64,000 nucleotides of DNA. Origin: Phoronis australis. Taxonomy: Eukaryota > Animalia > Phoronida. Every line of letters begins with the position of its first letter. Within the stretch, counting starts at the first letter, position 1. The DNA lies in the NCBI GenBank assembly GCA_002633005.1, contig NMRA01000211.1, positions 570,790-634,789 on the forward strand, in the 5' to 3' direction. The translations under genes and the position numbers were made by a program. The notes under the pieces are model-generated. The model was not told the origin of the DNA. It searched no databases and saw nothing but the letters and a program-made list of their open reading frames with translations. This document shows positions 26,404 through 37,752 of the stretch, in pieces.

Positions 26404-27591
26404 TATATAAAACAAACATTATTTCATCTTGTAATTAAAAAAGAGCGCTCTTTTTGGCGGGAGAACATCCATTTTCTATAGCCAGAATATTTCCCTGGCT
26501 GGTGTTACGTTAATGTATATGTAACAATTTGAGCAGTTGTGGCAATTTGAGCCTGTACTATAATTAGGGTTTGCAAACCAAAATGCCATCAACATGATTT
26601 CAAACCATAGATCTTGACCTGTCATTTGCAATACTTTTTGAAGTTTTGAAACCCGTTGGACGGTTCTGGAGTAATTTAAAATTCAGACCCTCAAAATTTT
26701 TTATTTCAGCAAGCGAACCCTCGAAAATTTCAAGGTAAACATGAATTTTTAAATTTGACTGCACCTGTCTCTTTTGGATGTGTTCCTGGATGGACCATGC
26801 TTTATCAACTGATTAAAGTTTAATTGAAATTTGTTAGGATAAGATTGATGATGATGACATTGAGTGTACACTTTTATAAAAAATTCGGACCTGGAAGTTA
26901 GGAGGTGCTATAGTGCAAAAATAAAATTTTCTATTTCGATCAAAAAAATGAAAAGCGTACACTAAGAGTTGAATACAGAAATTTCTCACAGACCATTTGA
27001 TATCAAAATGTTGGGAATCGGTTCAAAAACAACGACCACCAAGCAGCAAAAAGTTTGACCCCCACTTAAAATCACAAAAATTTAGCGGTGAGTGAAAAAT
27101 ATCCGAAGTGCTTGCATTACTTTAATTTTTAAAAATATTAATAATTGCCCCAATTTGTTTTAATAGATATTAATAGAAAGAAGAACGTTCAAATATTTTT
27201 CTGGCACGCTTTTCATTTTATGTCATTTAGTATTCTAACAAACATGACCTTGTGAAGATCATGAAATTGGCAAAATTTTGCTGTTGCTGAATTTCCGACA
27301 TATTTGTTTGCTCAACCTACTATAATATAGACCCAAATTGACAAACCCAAAAATTTTCTTGACAGTTAGGGCAAATTGTAACAATCTGTCCTAAAGCACT
27401 GACCCAAATTATTATAATTTTGAAGTTGTTACCCTTTGGGTCTGCACAGCCTTTGAAGTAAGTTGGGGGTGAATGTCTGCTGGTGTATAATATTGTTGCA
27501 TTTTCTACTGTTTCACCTTTGTCACTACAATAAAGGATATAAACATACGCACACATGTACACACAGGCACATACGCACGCACGCGGACACA

Positions 27592-27595
<4 letters not shown>

Positions 27596-27648
<53 letters not shown>

Positions 27649-27651
27649 ACA
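27596..27651. repeat. (CA)n microsatellite next to the exon 2 donor
   Basis: Direct reading of the sequence. Confidence 0.97.
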
Positions 27652-27701
27652 GAAACAGTGATTGGCAGCTGTTGAGGGAAAAAGTATGTTGAGATGATTA
27701 C

Positions 27702-27905
27702 CGCAACAGTCGCCTCTGTTTGTGATCGTAACATGCGTAATTCCATAGACTGCCTGTAGGTCTACTTGCCACCAAGGGTTCATTTCTTCCTCTGTGTGTG
27801 TACATGAGCGTTCATGGAAACGATTGGCTTGGTTACCGTCAACCGCATTTTCAGCAAATCCTTTTATTTGTTTCGTGCTTGACTGTTGTGCCGCTTTCCC
27901 TAGGC
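27702..27905 (-). CDS. Lectin copy B exon 2: N-terminal half of F-type lectin domain
   Basis: Acceptor TTTTCTTAAG|, then [45 protein letters not shown], then donor G|GTAAT. Classic fucolectin motifs. Confidence 0.93.
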
Positions 27906-29513
27906 CTTAAGAAAATCAAATGCGTATAAACGAAGTGAAAGAAAGTCAATCGTTGAATATCGTTTCATTAGCAGTCAGAAAAATGACATAGTCACCTCCG
28001 TGAAAGTCATTAGATGTATGTTACCATTTATCTAACCCTCACAAACTCAGCAATTATTTTGAGAATTTTGAAAACGTGACAAGTTTAAGAACTGGGCAGC
28101 AAAGCCCGCCAGTGTTGCCTTAGCGTGCACATGATATTGACGGCCTTCCTCCACATATACATGTAGAGCAACTATCATGGAACATCGTGATCGAAAAATG
28201 TGAATGTGAGAAATGTGTACTTGGGTTATTCTGGGAGTCTCCCGTCCCCATAATCAGTAGTGTCTGCTGCCGCCAGCTGAGTATTTAAAATCCTGACCAA
28301 ATCAATACTTGTGCGACTGAGCAAGACAGCAGCACATGACAAAAAATACCCTACAAAATTAGCACTTTCGCTATCCCCGTCGCCATTTCTTTCGGATACA
28401 CACCCGAGACGAACTCACGAAGGCAGAAATTCCCACTCAAGACGTTGTCAAAGTTTGCAGCACCCACTGTACCTACCAACAGCTCCTATAGGCGAGTCCC
28501 AGGGGACTCTGGCATGTGTTTCCGAGAACCATTTTCAGGTAATTTTTGCCTTTGGACCGGGACTGTCAACAAACCGCCCTCCCCAAAATGACGCCCATGG
28601 ACAATTTTCTACATACATGGTTGTGGGCATACTTTTTAGACACAGTCGAAACCTTTTAGGGGTTTTAGGATTACTAAAATGCGCAATTTTACCGAGGGCA
28701 AAAACAAATCTCTATTCAGGTTTAAAGTAGGTCATCAGCTCAGTTGTTTATTTTAGATGCCTGCGTAATATTTTTAGTTATATATCGTTTTTAGAAATAT
28801 ACTTCCAACCAGCAAACACCCACCACAACGAACGTATATTTTATAAAGACATGTTTTCATTATTGCAACACGTTTCCAAAAAGAACCCTGAGCTTACTTT
28901 GGCTAACAAGAAGGGCAAAGATGTGCCTCTTTCCTATAATACGATCTCAAACACCTTTCACTAATTTCCGGCATCGCAACACCTAGTGCAATAGCCCGGT
29001 GTCAGTTAGATTTACTGAACCTTGCAATGTCTCCTTACAGTGATTCTTTCAAACTACTGCCAAACTCGATGTGGTGATGATCGAGTGGCTATTTGGCCGT
29101 CCTCTGGCTTGGCTTTTTCAAGCTCCAAGATGGCCAACAAAACGACTTCCACGTAGTCTTTGATGAGAATTTCAACTTCATCATACACTGTACACACAGA
29201 TCCTTCCATGTTCTTCTGTGTTGTTATTAATTAAATATAGCTACAGTATTGTCAGGCACAATACTTAAAATAGGGTTTCATTCATTTATTCATCAATTTT
29301 AATCTAATTGGGGTAGGAAAGTAATTTTGATGTGAGTTTTTTCATTTTCGATGTAAAAGAATCTTATGAGTAGTTGGAGCTAGAAGACGTGCTACAGTGT
29401 ACAGAAGAAACTGTACAAAAAAGCCATTTTGTTGAAAATTCTAAAGAGAATCTTGGCAAGGGCAAGTGTTAACGAACGGGTAGTTAACTAAGAGCTTTTC
29501 AATTGCATCGTGG

Positions 29514-29692
29514 GTAGTATGATACTGCCTATACGGGTTGCGTCACGAGAGATTTTGACCAGCAAGAAGAATCATAGGTAGACGATGCTGCCTGCAAGTA
29601 TTGCGTCACGAGGGACTGTGACTAGCAAGAAAAATTGTCGGTAGACGATACTGCATGCAAGTGTTGCTTCACGAAGGACTGTGACCAGCAAG
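29514..29692 (+). repeat. 63-bp tandem repeats in the LTR (about 3 copies here, about 1.6 at 34110-34210)
   Basis: Unit GTAGACGATACTGCCTGCAAG..TTGCGTCACGAGGGACTGTGAC.AGCAAG at 29578 and 29641. Same 63-bp period at 34111 and 34174. Confidence 0.85.
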
Positions 29693-29769
29693 TACGCCGC
29701 AGTACAGTGTGTGTTAGTTCGAAGATTCAGCAACAGAATTGTCATTCAAACGATCGAAACAGTTCGGTT

Positions 29770-30830
29770 ATACTGCTGGAGAGTTAAGTAAGTGCGCAGA
29801 GGCGCTCTTGCAGCATGCCTTGGAGTGTGAAGAGCGCTCTCATAAGCGGGAGCTGGAACAGGCAAAGCTTGCACAGGAAGAGAAAAATCTTACACAGAAA
29901 CATGCACAGCGTGCCCATAAACAAGACCTGGGCAGAGCTTGCACGGGAACAAGCAGATTGTTCCATAAATAAGACCTGGAAAAGGCAGACCTTGCACAGG
30001 AACAAGCTGAATACGAAGATAAGCTTGAGCAAGAACGTCCCGAGCGGGTCTAAGTTACTGAGATTGAGAAGCAGAAGACACTGCACCTCCAAAGGGACAC
30101 CTTGTGGTGGGGTTTCAAGCAATAGAGTAAATACCAGCCGATCCAAACTGCCAAGGTTCGACGAGCTCGTCGAGGACATAGATGCCTTCCTAGCCCGATT
30201 TGAGACGTTCACCATAAGCCAGAAGTGGAACAATTCGGAGTCGGGTGTAGACTTGAGTCCATTGTTGACAGGTAAAGGCCTACAGGTGTTCAACAACATG
30301 CCGTCCGACCAAATTAACAGCTACGACCAACTAAATGTGGCGCTGCTGCACAGATCTGAACTAAACGAAGACAGGTTGCGACAGAAGTTCGGAGAGTCCA
30401 AGCCTGAAAGGGGTGAAAGCGTGTTACAATTCGGGGCAAGGCTAAAAAGTTTTTCAACCGCTGGACACAACTGGCTGGGGTCGACGTGACTTATGATGGA
30501 TTCAGACACTTGCTGATCCGAGAGCAGTTTCTATGGATGTGCCATCCTGAGATATCTGTATTCCTGAGTGAACGTAAACCGAAGATCTTCGACAAGGTGT
30601 CGGTCACTGCTCAACATACATGGACGCCCACTGTACTGATTTATTGGGCAAGGGGTTCACAAAGAAAAACTTGGGTCTAGTAGCCCAAGAGACAGACACC
30701 GCCAAGCAACACAGAGGAATGAAGGACAGAGACTCCTCGTTCGTCAATAACTAGAAACAAGGATAACAAAGAGTGTTGTAATTGTCATCGAAAGGGTCAT
30801 CAAACCAGGGACTGCTGGATGAAACAGTCG
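29770..30830 (+). pseudogene. Retrotransposon gag with SCAN-like segment and CCHC knuckle
   Basis: Coiled-coil start, then KLPRFDE..DIDAFLARFE, LLTGKG, LLIREQFL..HPEISVFLSERKP, and CCNCHRKGHQTRDC at 30774-30815. Frameshifted. Confidence 0.85.
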
Positions 30831-30962
30831 CAGACCAAAAAGTCCGCTTCAAATGAGCAATCGTCTGGCTCGTAGCAAGAACGGACTAAAAAAGAAGACA
30901 CCAAAAGGCGGGAATGTGTCAAGCTGCGGTAGCGACTGTAGAGCAGCAGAGTTGATGACTGT

Positions 30963-33900
30963 TTGAAGTCAGTCGATGGGTCACCGATACCAGTAGAGAC
31001 AGGGGCCTGTGATGAGCACATAGAACCTCCAGCTGACCACAATATGACCGTATGTGACAGTTACGTCAACGAGACAAAGGTACGCATGATGCGTGACACT
31101 GGTTGTAGTAGTGCGGCGGTGAAGACGTCCATTGTCAAAGAAGGTCAACTGACGGGGAAACAACACATTTGCATGTTAATAGATGGGACTGCGCTATCTT
31201 TTCCTATATCAGAGATTGAGGTTGACACAACATATTTCGGGGGTGAAATAGAGACGATGTTTATGCGAATACAGATCTACGACCTCATCATAGGGAATGC
31301 TGTTGGCATCAGCAAGCATCCTGATTCCAATTGGCAAACACAAGGTGGTGTCATGTCCGCAGTCACTATTAGACCAAAGGCTAAGAAAAGAGAAAAACCC
31401 ATTAAGCCTTTGGCGGAGACTCTATCCGGGGTGGAAAGTCTCGACGTCAGCAAGATTAAGTACGAGCAACAACATGATCCTTCCCTACGAAAACTTATGG
31501 AACTTGTTGAGAAAGGGAAACGAGCAAGAGCACGCGGTAGAGGTCAACACTGGTATGAGATGCAAAGGGGGTTCTGTGCTGAGTGTATGCTGACAAGACC
31601 AAAGAGTTGCGTCAGATAGTTGTCCGTGTCAAATATCGACAACAGGTTATGACGTTAGCTAACGAGTCAATCGTTGGTTGGCACCTTGGTGTGACGAAGA
31701 CCAATGATAGAATAGACAGTAGCTTTTATTGGCCAAGAGTTGGCAGTGAAGTAAATCGTTTTCTTGCAGATCATGTGACATCTGCCAGCGGACAACTCCT
31801 AAGGGCAGGATCTCTAAAGTGCGTTTGGGTGAGATGCCACTTATGAAAGAACCATTCCAGCGTATCGCTGTTGATTTGATTGGTCCTGTGTCGCCAATCC
31901 GTGACAGAGGCAACAGGTACATTCTCTCCACCATGGGCTATGCCACAAGATACCCAGAGCCAATGCCTCTACCCAGAATAGAACCTGAACGACTGGCAGA
32001 AGCATTGTTTGAAACCTTCTGTAGAATTGACTTTCCACGAGAGTTGCTTAGTGACTGTGGGACACAGTTTACCACGGAAGCACTGAAAGAAGTTGCTCGG
32101 CTAATATCCATGAAGCAACTGTTCACCACTCCGTACAAACCGAAATGCAATGGATTGTGTGAGTGTATTAACGGTGTACTGAAAAATATGCTTAAGAAAA
32201 TGTGCCAAGTGCGTCCACAAGAGTGGGACTGGTACTTACCACGAACACTGTTCGCCTACCGAGAGGCACCACAAGTGAGCAGAGGCTTCTCGCCATTTAA
32301 ACTGTTATATAGTAGAACCGTGCGAGGGCCCATGCACGTGCTTGAAGTATTGTGGACTGGGAATGAAACACCAGAAGTACGAAATACTTATGAGTATGTC
32401 CTCGTCTAGAAGAGACATACGAACTGGTGAAGCATACAAGCACAATTTGTGACAAAAAGGCACGAGATCGTGGCTTCAAAGATGGAGGCCAAGTCCTAAT
32501 ATTGTTATCAACCGACAGTTACAGGCTGCTACTGTAGTGGAGGGGCCCCTATGAAGTAACCGAGATACTCAACAAAATGAACTACCAAATAAGTGTTTGT
32601 GGAAAGACCAAGAAACCTGTTGAAACTGTACATATCTCGTGACCAAAGTGGGGCTGAAAGTAAAGAAGATGTGGATCAGAATTCTGACATTGCAGCCATT
32701 GCTGAACTTCAGCTTGAAATGGACAATGAAGTTGGCGTTGTCGATGATGAACATCTACTAGACCTGGGATCGACAAATCAAAGTGAGACCTACAAAGATG
32801 TCAAGATATTAGACGATCTCACTACTAGCCAACGAAGGGAGGTGACAAGCCGTTAGAAGCGTACTCGGAAATCATTAGTGAGGTACCGGGTACGACCCAT
32901 CTAGTTGAGCACAAGATTGAGACCATCAGTGATGAGCCCGTGAGAGTCAAGCCATATCCCCTGCCATATGCCACACGATCTTTTGTGAACGAGGAAGTTG
33001 ACAACATGTTAAATTGTGAAGTCATACAACCATCCGATGCTCCCTACACTCTCCGGTGGTCTTAGTGAAAAAAGATGGTTCCAATCGATTCTGTATCGAT
33101 ATTCGTCGTTTGAACGCCATCCCCAAGTTTGACTCGGAACCGATGGGCATTCTTAATGACATCATGGCTAAGAACAGTAAGGACCAGTATTTTACGAAGA
33201 TTGATCTAAGTTTAGGATACTGGTACAGGTAGGTCTTTGTCGCCGAGGAATGAAGACCTAAGACTTCTCTTGTAGTACCAAATGGTTGCTACAATTTCGT
33301 AGAGATGCCATTTGGTCTGGAAAGTTCGGAAGCGACCTTCAACCGCATGATGGAGATGATGTTGGCAGGAGCACATAATACAGAACATTATGTGGATGAC
33401 ATTCTGTGCGATAATAAGACATTGACTGAACACCTTGCCACCTTGCGAGATACCTTCCAACGTTTGCGAGTGGCTGCACTAACGAATCGACCCACCATGT
33501 GTTCGGTTGGATCTCGTTCTGTCGATTTCGTTGAACATGTGGTCGGTGAAGGGTACTTAGCAATGGATGAACAAAAGTTGGGACGCATCCCAGTTGCACC
33601 GCGACCCAGAATGAAGAAATAAGTTCGTTCTTATTTCTCGGGTTGGGTAGCTACTACAGAAAGTTCATAGCAAACTTCCCTGAAATCGCGGTCCCGTTTA
33701 CTGAGCTCACAAAGAAGAAACATCCTAACACCGTGCAAAGGGAGGATGCTCAGCTTTATACACTCTTCGAGACTTGCTGACAATAGCTTTCGTACTAAGA
33801 TTACCCGATTTCATTAGACCTATTATCATTCAGACTGATATGCCAGATTCTGGTATAGGCTGCATTTTGATGATGGCAGGGTTCCAGTACATGTAGCATG

Positions 33901-34110
33901 TGCTAGTAAGAAATTGTTGCCTCGGAAACGGAATTACTCGGTCATTGAAAGGAAATGTATGGCTATTGTCTTTGCCATTAGAAAATTTGCAAAATAATTG
34001 TATGGTAAATAATCCATCATTCATACTGACCATCAACCACTGGCTTACATTCAAAAAGTAAGTTAGAAAATGGACGCATCATGAGGTGGGCCTTGTTTTT
34101 GCAAAACTAT
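30963..34110 (+). pseudogene. Retrotransposon pol pseudogene in the order protease-integrase-RT-RNase H
   Basis: RDTGC (about 31092), integrase AVDLIGP..SDCGTQF..NGLCE (31870-32170), RT MPFGL..YVDD (33305-33400), RNase H IIQTD..YSVIE..IHTDHQPL (33825-34045). Many stops and frameshifts. Confidence 0.92.
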
Positions 34111-35226
34111 ACTGCCTGCAAAAATTGCGTCACGAGGGACTGCGGCTAGCAAGAGGAATTGTGGGTAGACGATACTGCCTGCAACTGTTGCGTCACGAAG
34201 GAATGTGACCAAATGTTTTAGTTCGAAAATTAAGCAACAGGACTGCCATCCAACGATTTGAGTCCTACAGATAAGACATTTGATTATTTTGGTTGATTGA
34301 AGAAATTCTTATAGAGGGCGCGAGCGTAATCACTCTTCTTCTTTGTTAGATTACTTCATTAACAATAGATTTCACTTGTCTTAATTTGTGGTTATGATAT
34401 AATAAATTAATTACTGCATTTAATTATTATCTTTCCATCCACGCACAATCTCAAAGCATACAGTTACCTTTAGTCAATTTCTGAAAGAGAGCTGGCCATC
34501 CAACCATAAATATCAGAATGGAGTTAATCAATCGTGTAGGATATTTGCTTCGCCTGTCAACCGCCAAACTGGATTGTTTTCCATCCGATCGAACCATCAA
34601 GTTTTGGTCGACGGGAGAGCGCCGTGATGCCCTATGCGTATGGAACGCCTCTAGCGTCACCTTCTGACGGGTCTTTTCTGACACGTTACGACTCATCGAA
34701 GCGCGTCAGAGTTGACTCGAAATGTACTTCCCAAATGTGTCAAGTTACCGCCCCATTACTGTGGGACCAATAAGACGTTGTCATTGGCTCAGCTATGACG
34801 TATGCTTCGATGTCAGTCAGTTTACGCCCCAACTGACCCGATATTTGACTAGCCTAAAAGGTCATTAGCTGGCCCACTTTGCATTTGACGAATAAGGGAC
34901 AAGTTAACATTCAAACTCGTATCAATTAAATGAATCATAATCCACCTCTGTGGAGTGTAGCGCCCAGCAACAGTATAACGGTGGCTTCTGCGTTAGAATA
35001 GCATGCAACGTCAAATTGTTATAAATATAAACGAGGCAATGCTGTGAGTGACAAGGAGTGGATGACTGTGACCTTGGGGTCACGGTGATTTTCACAGTGC
35101 TGTGCCAACAGTTGTAGGTTTTATTCTCTTGATCACTGAAGATGTACCAGTAGGTATTACAGTCTTGCTCAGTGGAGACAAGCTGTCGTGTAGATTGTGA
35201 GGTTGTGTTTTTATACGAGGCAGTAC

Positions 35227-35377
35227 CACTGGCAAATTTAAGGGCGGGGGGGGTAAGGGGGCCATGCCCTCCCCTAATATTCTCCCAGATTCCATTTGGT
35301 AGTACTGGGGTGCAAATGTCTGACGAGCTAATACTCCGCCCTGGCCCCCCTAACTCAAAATTCTGGATGTGCCCCTG
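35227..35377. mobile_element. 151-bp CA...TG MITE with 5-bp TSD (hAT5-like)
   Basis: CACTGGCAAATTT...TGGATGTGCCCCTG, flanked by AGTAC/AGTGC. Confidence 0.5.
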
Positions 35378-35735
35378 AGTGCTGGCCATTTTTATAATAT
35401 ATTTTTACGTCAAATGCGCAGTGAAGACAGGGTATGCTAAAATTTGTTTTTTGTGAGAAAGTGGTGGCCTGTTATTGTTTGTTCTTTGAAGTACTAAAAA
35501 CTAAAACGCCGTAAAATGCATTAAATTGGTCTGTGAAAAAAGTCTTTTAATAAATTTTACTGACCACAGCATCATTTTAATGCGTTTGACCGTTTTTTTT
35601 CTGTTTTTTACCTTACGTCGATAATGGCCTTCATACAGGGAAATGAATGTTTCTTGCACTTCTTAGCCAAGTACGAGTAGGGATTTGCGAGAACACGTAA
35701 ACATGTCGTGCGTTTGAACTTAAAACATTAAGTAG

Positions 35736-36019
35736 CATAGGCGGATTTAGGGGGGTCGTCCCCCCTGGCTGCCGCACGCAAAATGAAACAGCAACAGCGT
35801 GAACCGTGAGGAAATAAAGAGTTCAGCAACTAGGACCGGTAGCGGATGAGGGGGGCTCACGTACCAGAGGAATCGTTTCCACCGATAGATTTTCTGAAGG
35901 GAACGCCCACATCCCGGCCCCCGTAACTTTCGGGCCCCTGTGCACATACAATCGCGCTTTGCCCAATTCCCCAAGGCAACATGTTGGGCACCCCTTATGG
36001 TATCCAAGATCCGCCATTG
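35736..36019. mobile_element. 284-bp MITE with perfect 5-bp TSD (hAT5-like)
   Basis: TIR CATAGGCGGAT / ATCCGCCATTG with AGTAG on both sides. Confidence 0.7.
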
Positions 36020-37752
36020 AGTAGAGATGCCTTTAATAAAGGGACAATGTCTCTCTAATTGAGAAGCCATGCGGTGTCCAGAGGCATGACATTTGAATTA
36101 TAGGATAACCATACCAATACTTCTGTTTCTTTTCAAGATATGTTTGAAGGGCTGTATAACACAATATATGAAATTGCTTAGCAATACAACTGTTTGAGAT
36201 TTGCCTAGGAATAGCAGTTTCACCTTCAACAACGGTGGTAATATCAGGTGTCCCAAAAGCATTCAGCTGATATAGGAGCTATGAGATGTCGCAACAAAAA
36301 TTGGCACAAAGTAATTTTATGTTACAGTACTTCCACTGAGAACATGAATTATGTAAGAAAAGCTGTAAAAATTCTTTAATACCCTGACACATCCTTGGGG
36401 ATGATTGATAATGAGGATGTTTTCTGTTTTTCATCATAGGTTTGGCCTAGTAATTAAAAATACATCCAATTAAGATGATGTCAGAAATTTATTAATGCCC
36501 AGGCTTCTGATTGAAGCTTTATCATAGTCACAGGTCTTTGAACAGCAATTCAGTCATGACCACAAATATCAAGGCTTTAAAATCACATTTAAAGCCAGTC
36601 GAGAGCAGAATCCCACAAATCACAACGTCAAACATACACAGGAAGGAATTGACAGAACAAACTAACAACTTAATGAATCCTTCCCACCCAATGCAGAAAC
36701 TCTAGTATAACAGATTACAAGTTACTAGCTTGTGAAAGACCATTTCAACTGGTAAATTAACATGAGCACCTCGCCTATGAATATGAACTTGTAACAGAAT
36801 TTACAAATCGCAGTGTTATCTGATATACTTGTAAGCTGTGAGTTTCTCTAATGTATAGTGAAGACACAAGTTTGTCAAGCCAAGATAGGTTGTTACTTGA
36901 GAGAGGACATGAAGAACATTCTGGAGCTATTCATTCTTGGGTATGTAGATCAGCATTTGTAGACATGTTTCTCGAACAGCTCAAGTACAGCAGTGAGATT
37001 GCTGTACGCCAGTGCCAACACTTGCAGAACAAACAGCCTGTATGATGACTTGCCCTTCTCTGTTCACAAACCATGGTGGTTCCATTGACCTTAAAAGGCT
37101 TTCAATGATTGATTAATTTTGAGTAAAAACACATAGTGAAAGCACCAAAAGGACAGCTGATCATCTGGATCCAAAACACGTTTCTCCTCTAAAAAATGAA
37201 ACATCTCATGGTACACATTGGTGACACCAAGCCACATATCTCGCCACAGTCTTTCTATCCTCTGATTGTGCACACTTTTTCCTTGAATGGCACTCCCTCT
37301 GTCCAGACCACGGAACATTTCCATGAATGCACCATGGTCACATCTAACTCGCGAGGGTACACCTTACTTCATTACCGCTTTTTGAAAGCAATCAAGGACA
37401 GTTGTAGAACAGTTGTTAAAGGATGCTTTCCCATACATCAGGAACCGAGTGTCACTGTCTATTCCAGTATCTAAAACAAAAGATGTACTTATAGTGTATA
37501 TAAGACAGGAAAAATATAGCCATGTTTCTGAACAGTTAAGTATTTAATATTAAAAATGTGATATGCACATTAGCAACAAACATTTGTGGCACCCCATGTA
37601 AGCACATTTGCAGTACTGCACTAAGGCACTCGGTCTCACAGTTGCTACTATCTTTTATCAAAAATTATAGCTGAAACTTGATCATTTGTGACCCACTTAA
37701 TACCTTTAAACAAATAAGCAGAAACCATGATGTAAAATTACAGCTGACTTAA

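Larger units (their letters stand above)
29250..34447 (+). mobile_element. Decayed Gmr1-type Ty3/Gypsy LTR retrotransposon with partial LTRs (ends approximate)
   Basis: gag followed by PR-IN-RT-RNaseH. Sequence at 29520-29755 recurs at 34110-34257 (LTR remnants). Candidate TG start at 29250. No TSD found. Confidence 0.88.

Noticed and set aside
27320-27746. ORFs with CVCVCV/HTHTHT runs
   Set aside because: These are translations of the (CA)n microsatellite; only 27905-27702 is exon.
29514-29692. CRISPR-like 63-bp periodicity
   Set aside because: The whole unit repeats (no unique spacers) and it recurs at the other end of the retrotransposon.
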